DNA of 39,646 nt from a virus (lineage: Duplodnaviria > Heunggongvirae > Uroviricota > Caudoviricetes): the IMG/VR virus record IMGVR_UViG_3300011827_000030, positions 1-39,646 of that record; one strand, 5' to 3'. The notes beneath the pieces are model-generated. The model was not told the origin of the DNA. It ran no database searches and saw only the letters and a list, made by a program, of their open reading frames with translations. Positions 1 to 9,180 of the stretch are shown here, in pieces; position 1 is the first letter of the stretch; each line of letters begins with the position of its first letter. Position numbers and translations under genes: made by a program.

Positions 1-1053
1 TTACGGGGTAATGCCAACCGCTGCCGCCACTTTGTCGCCACTTGGCAGCGTTGCCAGAGGATTGAAACGGAGCGCCGTTTCCAGATGATCCGGTGCCAGA
101 TGTGCGTAACGCATAGTCATTTTTATATCGTGGTGTCCGAGAATTTTTTGTAAGGCCAGAATGTTTCCACCCGACATCATGAAGTGCGCCGCAAACGTAT
201 GGCGCAGAACGTGTGTGAGTTGACCGCGAGGGAGCACGATAGACGTTTTTTCCATCACTGATAAAAATTGAAAATAGCAGTCTGTGAAGAAATTGAACCC
301 ATCAAGCGCCATGATCTCTTCGTAAAGCTCTTTACTGATAGGGATGCTTCTGTTTTTCTTCCCCTTCGTTCTGACAAAGGTAATTCGGTATTTGGTCACC
401 TGTGAGCGAGTAAGATTTACGGCTTCACGCCAGCGTGCGCCTGTGCTTAAGCATATCTTAACTACCAGTGCCAGAATTGGGTCCTGACGTTTGCAATCAG
501 CCAGCAATTCAACAATCTGCTCATGGGTAAGCCATGCCATCTCTTTTTCTGCGATGGTGAATTTTCGCATGTTCTCCAGTGGGTTCGGATACGACCATTC
601 GCCCAGACGGGATAGTTCGCTAAAAACACTACTTAGATAGCTTTGCTCCAGGTTAATGGTGACCGGGCTTGCTCCTTTCTTCCATTTCTCGCTGAAGTAG
701 ATCTCGCCTGTCAGGCGTTTATCTCGATAGTGGGCAAACATTTTAGAGGTGAGATCGGTTGCAAGAGGATTGCCCAGAGCGTCAACCATCAACAGCAATT
801 TGTCATAGACATGCTGCCCAGCTGTCAGAGATTTACCATGTAGTTTGAACCATAGTTCAACCACGTCTTTCAGTGTTCGACGATCCACTGATTCACCCAG
901 CCAGGGCTTTGCTTCGGTTTCTTCCATCGTGTGACGCTCAAAAGCCAGAGCTTCGCCTTTGGTGGCGAATTGTTTACGCACACGACGTCCACTACGTCCG
1001 GCGGGGTAACATTCGCAAAGCCATTTTCCTGTGGTGAGTTTTCGTACTGCCAT
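1..1053 (-). CDS. int: Tyrosine-type site-specific integrase (P2/186 Int-like)
   Basis: 350-aa ORF; the C-terminal region (HVLRHTFAAHFMMSGGNILALQKILGHHDIKMTMRYAHL) shows the R..HxxR..Y catalytic signature of tyrosine recombinases; sits at the prophage end next to the att repeat. Confidence 0.9.
   Translation of the reverse strand: MAVRKLTTGKWLCECYPAGRSGRRVRKQFATKGEALAFERHTMEETEAKPWLGESVDRRTLKDVVELWFKLHGKSLTAGQHVYDKLLLMVDALGNPLATDLTSKMFAHYRDKRLTGEIYFSEKWKKGASPVTINLEQSYLSSVFSELSRLGEWSYPNPLENMRKFTIAEKEMAWLTHEQIVELLADCKRQDPILALVVKICLSTGARWREAVNLTRSQVTKYRITFVRTKGKKNRSIPISKELYEEIMALDGFNFFTDCYFQFLSVMEKTSIVLPRGQLTHVLRHTFAAHFMMSGGNILALQKILGHHDIKMTMRYAHLAPDHLETALRFNPLATLPSGDKVAAAVGITP
19..41. other. 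attL: Putative attL core (left copy of direct repeat CGCTGCCGCCA-Y-TTTGTCGCCA), lying inside the 3' end of int
   Basis: Sequence cgctgccgccactttgtcgccac at 19-41 recurs with one internal mismatch at 36821-36843, immediately after the ogr stop. Confidence 0.6.
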
Positions 1054-1078
1054 AAAAAAGCCCTCATATCAGAGGGCT
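1054..1078 (-). terminator. Hairpin GCCCTC-atatca-GAGGGC followed, on the minus strand, by a U6 tract; the 3' arm GAGGG also looks like the int ribosome-binding site
   Basis: Plus strand 1054-1078 aaaaaagccctcatatcagagggc; the minus-strand transcript reads GCCCUCUGAUAUGAGGGCUUUUUUAUG, ending at the int start codon (1053). Confidence 0.5.
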
Positions 1079-1136
1079 AAATTTAACTGTATATACAACC
1101 AGTAATCAATGTGTGATTACTATGAAACATACATTG

Positions 1137-2813
1137 CTAAGCAACATGCAGTTCATCGTTGGCGGAAGTTGCTGCTTTGCGCTCTTGCTCAATCGCCAGT
1201 GACTCTCTATATTCTTTCGCTTCCGCAAACATTGTCCATTGTGCGTTGATGTTCATATCTTCAATAACAGACTTAATTTCTTTAATATTTACGTTGAAAA
1301 ACTCTTTTCGTGAGTTAATTTTATTGACCTGTTTTTCGTTGAAGACTTTATGCAGATGATTTTCTAATGATGGTGCATCATCACTATAAATCATCGCATG
1401 AACATCGAACGAAAAAGGAACACTAGCATCACCGAGTTCACGAACACGATCAAGTGGTTCAAGGCGGCGTGTCATTCCAATTTTATATACATCTTCGCCA
1501 AATGAGCCAATATTACTAATTATATAAACGTGGCCTGATCTAGTTTGTTGAGCCATAGAAATAGCTCGTTGGTTTTTAGCTTCAGCTTCTTCATATTTTA
1601 ACTGTAGTTCAGCTATTTTTTGCTCTAAAGCTAAGCGTTGTTCTTCATTTGCAAGCATAAGCTCTTTTGTTGCTTTATTTATAGCTTGCTGAATAGCTTT
1701 CTCTTCTTTTTCAGCTTCTTTTATCGCTTTTTCATACTCCCTACGAGCTCTTTCCTCTTCACGAAGTTGTTCTTTAATCCTTCTTTGCTCTTCTTTTTCT
1801 TCGAGCATAATTTCATTAACTGCAACTCCCCATTTTAGCTCGTTGAGTCGAGCTTGAAGATAGATGTCACTTATTTTTGCGGACCTAAAGGCAGAACCAT
1901 TGTAATTTACAAGTTGAAACGCATCTTTTATCTCTTGGGAAAGTTTTCCAAAATTGTTGTGTTTGACTTTTGATAAAATACTGTCAACTCTTCCATTGAA
2001 GGCATCTAAAACAAAGTTGATAGCAGTATTACGCCTGTTTTGTTCAACATAATCACACGAAGCAGCTTTATTAGTTTTTATTAATAATTTTGTTAACTCC
2101 CTGGCTTTTTGTAATTCCTTACCTGCATCTGTAAACTCATAATTTTCTGCCAATTCATCGAGAACGCTACGGTTAGGGATGATCCATTCATCACCATAAC
2201 CTTCAATTTTATTTTTCATTGATTTGGCAACTGCTTCATATTTTTCTGCAAACTCTTTAGCTTCATATGCTGAACCAGCAATCTCTTTTGCTCTTTCTTC
2301 TGCATCGGAAATAATTTTCACTGCATTGTCATTAGCATTTGAGATCAGCTCATTTGCTTTACTATTGGCATTATCAAGACGTTCTTTAGCTTTCAGGCGT
2401 GCATCGCGAGCGTCTTTAGTAATTGCTATAGCTTCGCTATTAGCGTTGCTTATTTTTATCTGAGCTTGATAATTTGCTTCGTTTACTGTCTTAGCAGCCT
2501 TTATTTGGGCTTCTTCTATTTTTTGCCTGGCTATTGAGTCTGCATTTTTTATCTTATTCTCTGCTTCCATCACTGCGCTGTGCAATTCTACGTATTGCCA
2601 TAATGGCGCAGCTCGTCCTTCAAGCTCTGATAGATCTCGTACAGTCTGTGCTAATTCTTCTTGATTTTCTTTCAGTTGGTTGGAAAGGGCTATGTTGTTA
2701 GCTGTCAAGGTATTTATAGCCGCTTTATGTTTTTTGCTTTGCTTAAATAATATTACAGCTAGAATGGGGGCGAGAAATGCTAATAAGAATATAACGATGG
2801 AAAATGAATTCAT
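1137..2813 (-). CDS. Cargo protein: N-terminal transmembrane helix, long coiled coil, C-terminal T5orf172 (GIY-YIG-like) domain; candidate defence or lysogenic-conversion gene
   Basis: 558 aa; hydrophobic N-terminus SFSIVIFLLAFLAPILAVILF; K/E/A/Q-rich heptad-like stretches; C-terminal GHVYIISNIGSFGEDVYKIGMTRRLEPLDRVRELGDASVPFSFDVHAMIYSDDAPSLENHLHKVF...EFFNV matches the recalled T5orf172/DUF4041 pattern; gene is AT-rich relative to the phage backbone; RBS AAGGA precedes the ATG. Confidence 0.75.
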   Translation of the reverse strand: MNSFSIVIFLLAFLAPILAVILFKQSKKHKAAINTLTANNIALSNQLKENQEELAQTVRDLSELEGRAAPLWQYVELHSAVMEAENKIKNADSIARQKIEEAQIKAAKTVNEANYQAQIKISNANSEAIAITKDARDARLKAKERLDNANSKANELISNANDNAVKIISDAEERAKEIAGSAYEAKEFAEKYEAVAKSMKNKIEGYGDEWIIPNRSVLDELAENYEFTDAGKELQKARELTKLLIKTNKAASCDYVEQNRRNTAINFVLDAFNGRVDSILSKVKHNNFGKLSQEIKDAFQLVNYNGSAFRSAKISDIYLQARLNELKWGVAVNEIMLEEKEEQRRIKEQLREEERARREYEKAIKEAEKEEKAIQQAINKATKELMLANEEQRLALEQKIAELQLKYEEAEAKNQRAISMAQQTRSGHVYIISNIGSFGEDVYKIGMTRRLEPLDRVRELGDASVPFSFDVHAMIYSDDAPSLENHLHKVFNEKQVNKINSRKEFFNVNIKEIKSVIEDMNINAQWTMFAEAKEYRESLAIEQERKAATSANDELHVA

Positions 2814-2833
2814 TTTTAAATCCTTTTACTATA

Positions 2834-3430
2834 TTAATTTGAAACTATTGTACTTCTTATACAAGCAACTACTTCAATATCAGAAAATGCACATTCAAAG
2901 CTATTCTCTGTACTTGTAATTTTAATCATACCTTTTGGAAGCTTTGTGATTTTTCGAATGGAATAGGTTCCGTCGATGTTGATTAACCAGTGCCCATCAA
3001 GTACTTCAGAAAATTTTTGATCACAAATGTATGTGACGAGCCCATCCTGAATAACAATTGGTGATGAAAGATTTGCAGGAAGAAATGATGAATCGAAGAC
3101 ATATGAACCATCTTCAATCATTTTGCCTGCGGTAAGGCGAAACTTGGCAAGCTCTTCTGTAGCTGCTGTCAGCGAGCTTTGCTTAAGGCCTTGCCCGGTG
3201 GTTAACCATTTCAGTGAGGTTCCTGTTTCAAGAGCACATTGGATTATCCAGTCTGCAGGAAACGTATCCCGCAAATACCTGTTCGCCAGAGTGCTTTTTG
3301 ATACTTCCAAGTGATCAGCTAAAGCCTGTCGTGTCGTAAAGCCATAAGCTTCGACTAATCGCTCAATCGCAGCCTTACCACCTTTATTGGGATTTATTTT
3401 GATCTCATTTGGGTACTTTGATGTTGACAT
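2834..3430 (-). CDS. cI: 186-type CI immunity repressor (CI-like HTH N-terminal domain)
   Basis: 198 aa; N-terminal ...STLANRYLRDTFPADWIIQCALETGTSLKWLTTGQG resembles the phage CI repressor HTH family; divergent from apl/cII across a promoter region. Confidence 0.8.
   Translation of the reverse strand: MSTSKYPNEIKINPNKGGKAAIERLVEAYGFTTRQALADHLEVSKSTLANRYLRDTFPADWIIQCALETGTSLKWLTTGQGLKQSSLTAATEELAKFRLTAGKMIEDGSYVFDSSFLPANLSSPIVIQDGLVTYICDQKFSEVLDGHWLINIDGTYSIRKITKLPKGMIKITSTENSFECAFSDIEVVACIRSTIVSN
3406..3418. repeat. Direct repeat CATTTGGGTACTT, copy 1 (candidate operator / Apl or CI binding site)
   Basis: Exact 13-mer repeated at 3465-3477 in the cI/apl switch region. Confidence 0.5.
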
Positions 3431-3452
3431 ATCTCTTTTGCGATCCTAGTAT
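3424..3452 (+). promoter_or_regulatory. Candidate early rightward promoter (pR-like): -35 TTGACA, 17-nt spacer, -10 TAGTAT
   Basis: TTGACA at 3424-3429 and TAGTAT at 3447-3452 with a 17-nt spacer, about 75 nt upstream of apl; overlaps the cI start codon. Confidence 0.55.
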
Positions 3453-3464
3453 CAATTTTGTCCC

Positions 3465-3477
3465 CATTTGGGTACTT
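3465..3477. repeat. Direct repeat CATTTGGGTACTT, copy 2
   Basis: Identical to 3406-3418. Confidence 0.5.
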
Positions 3478-3525
3478 GTCACGATTACTACAGGCTCACC
3501 ACAAGCCAATAGGAGATGTTGCATC

Positions 3526-3747
3526 ATGACCCCTAACATTTCAATAACTCTGAATACGCCACATGTCACAATTGAGCGTTATAGCGAACTTACTGGTCTT
3601 TCTATCGACACCATCAACGATATGCTGGCTGATGGTCGCATCCCTCGCCATCGCCTTCGGAAAGACAAGAAAAGAGAAAAGGTAATGATCAACCTTGCTG
3701 CTCTTACCGTTGATGCACTTACTGATTGCAATGTTGTATTCAACTAG
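3526..3747 (+). CDS. apl: Apl/Cox-type excisionase and transcriptional regulator
   Basis: 73-aa product [10 protein letters not shown]...; RBS AGGAGA at 3511-3516; first gene of the rightward early operon, divergent from cI as in phage 186. Confidence 0.7.
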   Translation: MTPNISITLNTPHVTIERYSELTGLSIDTINDMLADGRIPRHRLRKDKKREKVMINLAALTVDALTDCNVVFN

Positions 3748-3779
3748 TTCCATTTTGGGATACATCAGGGGTGTCGACT

Positions 3780-4289
3780 ATGTTTGATTACCAAGTTTCC
3801 AAACATCCACATTTTGACGAAGCCTGTCGTGCATTCGCACTGCGCCACAACCTGGTGCAACTGGCAGAACGTGCAGGCATGAATGTACAGATTCTGCGGA
3901 ACAAGCTGAACCCAGCTCAACCTCATTTATTAACCGCACCAGAAATCTGGTTGCTTACCGATCTGACTGAAGATTCAACGCTGGTAGATGGCTTTCTGGC
4001 ACAGATTCACTGCCTGCCATGTGTACCGATTAATGAGGTGGCAAAAGAGAAACTGCCGCATTATGTCATGAGTGCAACCGCAGAGATCGGGCGTGTTGCT
4101 GCAGGTGCGGTATCCGGCGATGTAAAAACCAGTGCAGGTCGTCGTGATGCTATCAGCAGCATTAACTCTGTAACACGGCTGATGGCGCTGGCCGCTGTTT
4201 CATTGCAGGCCCGTTTACAGGCTAATCCTGCGATGGCGAGTGCAGTTGATACCGTTACTGGCCTCGGTGCTTCATTCGGTTTGCTGTGA
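3780..4289 (+). CDS. cII: CII-like lysogeny establishment regulator (186 CII-like)
   Basis: 169-aa product starting [24 protein letters not shown]..., close to my recollection of 186 CII (same length, similar N-terminus). Confidence 0.8.
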   Translation: MFDYQVSKHPHFDEACRAFALRHNLVQLAERAGMNVQILRNKLNPAQPHLLTAPEIWLLTDLTEDSTLVDGFLAQIHCLPCVPINEVAKEKLPHYVMSATAEIGRVAAGAVSGDVKTSAGRRDAISSINSVTRLMALAAVSLQARLQANPAMASAVDTVTGLGASFGLL

Positions 4290-4296
4290 GGTGCTT

Positions 4297-4497
4297 ATGC
4301 TGACGAAAGAACCATCATTTGCATCGCTGCTGGTAAAACAAAGCCCGGCAATGCACTACGGTCACGGCTGGATCATGGGGGAGGATGGTAAACGCTGGCA
4401 TCCGTGCCGTTCACAGGATGAATTGCTGGCAGAACTATCTACGAAAAAACGGGGGAACAAATGGCTATTGAAGGCGCTGCGGCAACTGTTCCATTAA
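4297..4497 (+). CDS. Small early protein (position of 186 fil / P2 orf78); function unknown
   Basis: 66-aa ORF from ATG 4297 with RBS GAGGTG upstream; positional analogy only. Confidence 0.45.
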   Translation: MLTKEPSFASLLVKQSPAMHYGHGWIMGEDGKRWHPCRSQDELLAELSTKKRGNKWLLKALRQLFH

Positions 4498-4802
4498 GCC
4501 CCGGTGAACGCCTGAATGGACTTAATCACATTGCGGAGTTAAGGGCGAAAGTTTTTGGCCTGAATATTGAGTCAGAGCTTGAGCGGTTTATTAAAGATAT
4601 GCGTGATCCACGGGATATCAATAATGAACAAAATAAACGAGCACTGGCTGCCATATTCTTTATGGCAAAAATTCCAGCTGAACGTCATAGCATCAGCATT
4701 AATGAGCTGACCACTGACGAAAAGCGGGAGCTGATTAAAGCAATGAATCATTTTCGTGCAGTGGTGAGCTTATTTCCCAGACGGCTAACCATGCCGAATT
4801 AA
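4461..4802 (+). CDS. Hypothetical early-operon protein
   Basis: 113-aa ORF in the early operon; overlaps the previous ORF's stop; no recognised motif. Confidence 0.55.
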   Translation: MAIEGAAATVPLSPGERLNGLNHIAELRAKVFGLNIESELERFIKDMRDPRDINNEQNKRALAAIFFMAKIPAERHSISINELTTDEKRELIKAMNHFRAVVSLFPRRLTMPN

Positions 4803-4869
4803 CCAACTAATGAAATTAATGGCGTAAACCCGCCGGGCATCCCTTTATCTAAATTCAGGAGAATTGATT

Positions 4870-5103
4870 ATGCGTAATATTGAAACCCTCACGACTAAAA
4901 CCGGACCGGATGACGCAGGGCTTAATATTTTACTGACAGAGGCTCGTCTGGAAGAACGCCGGGCAAGGGCTGAAGCAATGGCAGCTCGCCTTGATAGCCT
5001 GGCGTGTCATATCTCATCCAGTCAACTAAACCACGTGGAAGCTGCAGAACTGCTGCGTGTGACTGCTGAAGCAATCCAGAACGAAGCGCAGGAGATCCAC
5101 TAA
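4870..5103 (+). CDS. Hypothetical early-operon protein
   Basis: 77-aa ORF; AGGAGA RBS 8 nt upstream of ATG 4870. Confidence 0.55.
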   Translation: MRNIETLTTKTGPDDAGLNILLTEARLEERRARAEAMAARLDSLACHISSSQLNHVEAAELLRVTAEAIQNEAQEIH

Positions 5104-5330
5104 TGGCTGATGCAATGGATCTCGTACAGCAGCGCGTTGAAGAAGAACGCCAGCGCCATATCCGTGCTGCCCGTGCCAAAACGCCGGGCGTGTCCCGCGT
5201 GCTTTGCGTTGAGTGTGAAGCGCCAATTCCGCCAGCACGCCGCCGTGCCATTCCGGGTGTGCAGCTTTGCATTACATGTCAGGAAATCGCAGAGCTGAAA
5301 GGCAAACATTACAACGGAGGTGCTGTATGA
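5103..5330 (+). CDS. TraR/DksA-family C4 zinc-finger protein
   Basis: 75 aa with CxxC...CxxC (CVECEAPIPPARRRAIPGVQLCITCQ); start overlaps the preceding stop (TAATG). Confidence 0.8.
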   Translation: MADAMDLVQQRVEEERQRHIRAARAKTPGVSRVLCVECEAPIPPARRRAIPGVQLCITCQEIAELKGKHYNGGAV

Positions 5331-6184
5331 GCACCATCTTGAAATGGGCGGGAAATAAAACCGCCGTAATGTCCGAACTGAAAAAACATCTTCCTGCTGG
5401 TCCGCGACTAGTTGAACCTTTCGCGGGTTCCTGTGCTGTGATGATGGAGACGGATTATCCCTGCTATCTGGTTGCGGATATTAATCCTGATTTAATCAAC
5501 CTCTATAAAAAGGTTGCCGCTGATTGTGAATCGTTTATATCTCGCGCCAAAGTTTTATTTGAGATCGCAAACAGGGAGGTGGCTTATTACAACATAAGGC
5601 AGGAGTTTAATTACTCAACTGAAATTACTGATTTCATGAAAGCGGTATATTTCCTGTATCTCAATCGTCACGGTTACCGTGGGTTATGTCGCTATAACAA
5701 GAGCGGGCATTTCAACATTCCCTACGGTAATTATAAAAATCCGTATTTCCCTGAAAAAGAAATTCGCGCTTTTGCAGAAAAAGCCCAGCGAGCAACGTTT
5801 ATCTGCGCCAGCTTTGATGAAACGCTGGCGATGTTGAAGGCGGGGGATGTGGTGTATTGCGATCCGCCTTATGACGGTACGTTTTCCGGCTATCACGCTG
5901 ACGGCTTTACTGAAGATGACCAGTATCACCTGGCATCCGTTCTTGAACATCGGTCATCAGAAGGACATCCGGTCATTGTTTCTAACAGTGACACATCCCT
6001 GATCCGTTCGCTGTATCGCAATTTTACTCACCACTATATCAAGGTAAAACGCAGCATCGGCGTAGCAGCTGGTGAGAGTAAATCAGCAACAGAAATCATT
6101 GCTGTTTCCGGGCCGCGCTGCTGGGTGGGATTTGATTATTCGCGTGGCGTGGATAGTTCTGCCGTGTACGGAGTACGTGCATGA
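5327..6184 (+). CDS. dam: DNA adenine methyltransferase (Dam-like, GATC-type N6-adenine methyltransferase)
   Basis: N-terminal LKWAGNK and PFAGS motifs plus DPPY catalytic motif ([14 protein letters not shown]); RBS GGAGG; ATGA overlap with the upstream gene. Confidence 0.85.
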   Translation: MSTILKWAGNKTAVMSELKKHLPAGPRLVEPFAGSCAVMMETDYPCYLVADINPDLINLYKKVAADCESFISRAKVLFEIANREVAYYNIRQEFNYSTEITDFMKAVYFLYLNRHGYRGLCRYNKSGHFNIPYGNYKNPYFPEKEIRAFAEKAQRATFICASFDETLAMLKAGDVVYCDPPYDGTFSGYHADGFTEDDQYHLASVLEHRSSEGHPVIVSNSDTSLIRSLYRNFTHHYIKVKRSIGVAAGESKSATEIIAVSGPRCWVGFDYSRGVDSSAVYGVRA

Positions 6185-8595
6185 GCCATGCCGATATGAG
6201 CAACTGCTGCGGCTTTAACGAGGCTGCCGCATCGTTCTCATGGAACAGCCCGAAAAAGGCCATTAACCCTTATCTGGACCCGGCGGAAGTTGCGCCGGTT
6301 TCTGCGCTTTCAAACCTGATCACTCTGTACGCTGCCGATAACGAGCAGGAACAACTGCGCCGCGAGGCACTGAGTGATCAGGTCTGGGAGCGTTATTTCT
6401 TTAATGAATCCCGTGATCCTGTCCAACGCGAAATAGAGCAGGATAAGCTCATTAGCCGGGCAAAGTTGGCGCATGAGCAGCAGCGTTTTAACCCGGACAT
6501 GGTCATTCTGGCAGACGTCAGCGCCCAGCCCTCCCATATCAGCAAGCCGCTGATGCAACGTATTGAATACTTCAGCAGCCTGGGCAGGCCAAAGGCTTAT
6601 TCCCGCTATTTACGTGAGACGATTAAGCCATGTCTGGAACGACTGGAGCATGTACGCGACAGCCAGCTATCTGCATCTTTTCGTTTTATGGCAAGCCATG
6701 TAGGGCTGGACGGCCTGCTGATTCTGCCTGAAATGAGTCAGGATCAGGTGAAACGCCTGTCTACCCTTGTCGCTGCGCATATGAGCATGTGCCTTGATGC
6801 AGCTTGTGGTGATTTGTATGCCACCGATGACGTTAAGCCAGAAGAAATCCGCAAGACATGGGAAAAGGTGGCAGCGGAAACCCTGCGTCTGGATGTCATC
6901 CCGCCTGCGTTTGAGCAACTCCGTCGGAAAAGAAACCGCCGTAAACCCGTGCCCTATGAACTCATTCCGGGTTCGCTGGCGCGTATGTTGTGCGCCGACT
7001 GGTGGTACCGGAAATTATGGAAAATGCGTTGCGAATGGCGGGAAGAGCAGTTGCGTGCTGTCTGCCTGGTCAGCAAAAAAGCATCTCCCTATGTCAGCTA
7101 TGAAGCCGTGATGCATAAACGTGAGCAGCGCCGCAAGTCACTGGAGTTTTTCCGTTCTCATGAACTGGTGAACGAAGAGGGCGACACGCTGGATATGGAA
7201 GACGTGGTAAACGCCAGCAGCAGCAACCCGGCGCACCGCCGCAATGAGATGATGGCCTGTGTTAAAGGTCTGGAGCTTATCGCGGAAATGCGCGGTGACT
7301 GCGCCGTTTTCTACACCATTACCTGTCCGTCACGTTTCCATTCCACGCTCAATAACGGCAGACCAAACCCAACCTGGACAAATGCGACGGTAAGACAAAG
7401 CAGCGATTATCTGGTCGGCATGTTTGCTGCATTTCGTAAGGCGATGCACAAAGCCGGGTTGCGCTGGTATGGCGTGCGGGTGGCTGAGCCGCATCATGAC
7501 GGTACAGTTCACTGGCACCTGTTGTGTTTCATGCGCAAAAAAGACCGCCGCGCCATTACTGCATTGTTGCGTAAGTTTGCCATCCGTGAAGACCGCGAGG
7601 AACTGGGTAATAACACTGGTCCACGCTTTAAATCTGAGCTGATAAACCCGCGCAAAGGAACGCCGACAAGCTACATCGCGAAATACATCAGTAAGAACAT
7701 TGACGGGCGTGGTCTGGCTGGCGAGATCAGCAAGGAAACGGGTAAATCCCTGCGTGATAACGCTGAATACGTTAATGCCTGGGCGTCTCTGCATCGTGTT
7801 CAGCAATTCCGCTTCTTTGGTATTCCGGGACGTCAGGCTTACCGTGAACTTCGCTTGCTGGCTGGTCAGGCGGCAAGGCAACAGAGTGACAAAAAAGCAG
7901 GTGCGCCGGTACTGGATAACCCGCGTCTTGATGCCATTCTGGCTGCTGCTGATGCTGGTTGTTTTGCCACCTACATCATGAAGCAGGGCGGCGTACTGGT
8001 TCCCCGCAAATATCACCTCATCAGAACCGCTTATGAAATCAACGAAGAGCCAACCGCCTATGGCGATCACGGTATTCGTATTTATGGCATCTGGTCACCC
8101 ATTGCAGAGGGCAAGATCTGCACTCATGCAGTGAAGTGGAAAATGGTTCGTAAGGCCGTTGACGTTCAGGAGGCGGCAGCCGACCAGGGCGCTTGCGCCC
8201 CTTGGACTCGTGGCAATAACTATCCCCTTGCTGAAAATTTGAACCAACAGGAGAAAGATAAATCAGCTGATGGGGACACCAGAACGGACATTACCCGCAT
8301 GGATGACAAGGAGTTGCACGATTACTTGCACAGTATGAGCAAAAAAGAGCGCCGGGAACTGGCTGCAAGGTTACGCCTGGTTAAACCGAAACGGCGTAAA
8401 GACTACAAACAGCGAATTACAGACCATCAGCGACTGCAGCTCGTCTATGAGCTGAAGTCCAGAGGATTTGATGGTAGCGAGAAAGAGGTCGATTTACTCC
8501 TTCGCGGCGGCAGTATTCCGTCAGGAGCAGGCCTGCGTATCTTCTATCGGAACCAGCGTTTGCAGGAAGATGATAAGTGGCGGAACCTGTATTAA
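6181..8595 (+). CDS. A: Replication initiation protein A (rolling-circle nicking endonuclease, P2 gpA-like)
   Basis: 804 aa; HUH-type motif (GTVHWHLL) and active-site tyrosine motif ([14 protein letters not shown]) typical of P2 A; conserved position after the early genes. Confidence 0.9.
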   Translation: MSHADMSNCCGFNEAAASFSWNSPKKAINPYLDPAEVAPVSALSNLITLYAADNEQEQLRREALSDQVWERYFFNESRDPVQREIEQDKLISRAKLAHEQQRFNPDMVILADVSAQPSHISKPLMQRIEYFSSLGRPKAYSRYLRETIKPCLERLEHVRDSQLSASFRFMASHVGLDGLLILPEMSQDQVKRLSTLVAAHMSMCLDAACGDLYATDDVKPEEIRKTWEKVAAETLRLDVIPPAFEQLRRKRNRRKPVPYELIPGSLARMLCADWWYRKLWKMRCEWREEQLRAVCLVSKKASPYVSYEAVMHKREQRRKSLEFFRSHELVNEEGDTLDMEDVVNASSSNPAHRRNEMMACVKGLELIAEMRGDCAVFYTITCPSRFHSTLNNGRPNPTWTNATVRQSSDYLVGMFAAFRKAMHKAGLRWYGVRVAEPHHDGTVHWHLLCFMRKKDRRAITALLRKFAIREDREELGNNTGPRFKSELINPRKGTPTSYIAKYISKNIDGRGLAGEISKETGKSLRDNAEYVNAWASLHRVQQFRFFGIPGRQAYRELRLLAGQAARQQSDKKAGAPVLDNPRLDAILAAADAGCFATYIMKQGGVLVPRKYHLIRTAYEINEEPTAYGDHGIRIYGIWSPIAEGKICTHAVKWKMVRKAVDVQEAAADQGACAPWTRGNNYPLAENLNQQEKDKSADGDTRTDITRMDDKELHDYLHSMSKKERRELAARLRLVKPKRRKDYKQRITDHQRLQLVYELKSRGFDGSEKEVDLLLRGGSIPSGAGLRIFYRNQRLQEDDKWRNLY

Positions 8596-8664
8596 TTACG
8601 CGGGTTAACAATTCGTGCTCTTAATAATACCAGGCATATCAGGCTGATGAACGTAAAAAAACGT

Positions 8665-8693
8665 TTTACATCAGTAATATTATTATATACTGT
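8665..8693 (+). promoter_or_regulatory. Candidate sigma70 promoter whose -10 overlaps the LexA box
   Basis: TTTACA at 8665-8670 with TATACT/TACTGT about 15-17 nt downstream. Confidence 0.4.
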
Positions 8694-8707
8694 AAATATA
8701 AACAGTG
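8688..8707. promoter_or_regulatory. LexA (SOS) box taCTGTaaatataaACAGtg
   Basis: Perfect CTGT-N8-ACAG with an AT-rich centre, about 40 nt upstream of the small ORF and dinI-like gene. Confidence 0.7.
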
Positions 8708-8747
8708 GTTGTCTATACAGTATTGATTTGGTGTCATAGGAGGAAAG

Positions 8748-8936
8748 ATGCAGGACTATTTTTTGGAGTCTTTGAAGCTCCAGCGCATTGATTTTTTTCT
8801 TAAGCTTGTAGCGGCTAGTGAGTGTAGTGATGAAGAGAAGGGGCTGGCTCTGCAGTGGGTTTCTGAACTGACAGATGAACTCATGGCAAAAATCAGAACC
8901 CACGAATACAACCGCTCAATGGATGTCATCAGCTGA
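8748..8936 (+). CDS. Small SOS-box-associated protein (possibly Tum-like antirepressor; unverified)
   Basis: 62-aa ORF with RBS AGGAGG immediately upstream, directly downstream of the LexA box; functional call is by analogy to the 186 SOS-controlled antirepressor, not by recognised sequence. Confidence 0.45.
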   Translation: MQDYFLESLKLQRIDFFLKLVAASECSDEEKGLALQWVSELTDELMAKIRTHEYNRSMDVIS

Positions 8937-8946
8937 GGTGACTTTT

Positions 8947-9180
8947 ATGCGCATTGAAATAATGATCGATAAAGAGCAGAAGATTAGCCAGTCTACACTG
9001 GACGCCCTTGAATCCGAGCTTTACCGCAATCTGCGCCCCCTGTATCCCAAAACGGTAATCCGTATCCGTAAAGGTAGCTCTAACGGTGTGGAACTGACCG
9101 GACTGCAACCGGACGAAGAAAGAAAACAAGTGATGAAAATTATGCAGAAGGTGTGGGAAGACGACAGCTGGCTGCATTAA
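8947..9180 (+). CDS. dinI: DinI-family protein
   Basis: 77 aa, MRIEIMIDKEQKISQSTLDALESELYRNLRPLYPKTVIRIRKGSSNGVELTGL...VWEDDSWL aligns by eye with E. coli DinI. Confidence 0.85.
   Translation: MRIEIMIDKEQKISQSTLDALESELYRNLRPLYPKTVIRIRKGSSNGVELTGLQPDEERKQVMKIMQKVWEDDSWLH

Noticed and set aside
8592-8903. 103-aa minus-strand ORF in the A-dinI gap
   Set aside because: Overlaps the LexA box, the promoter and the RBS-supported plus-strand small ORF; the SOS module on the plus strand is the better explanation.
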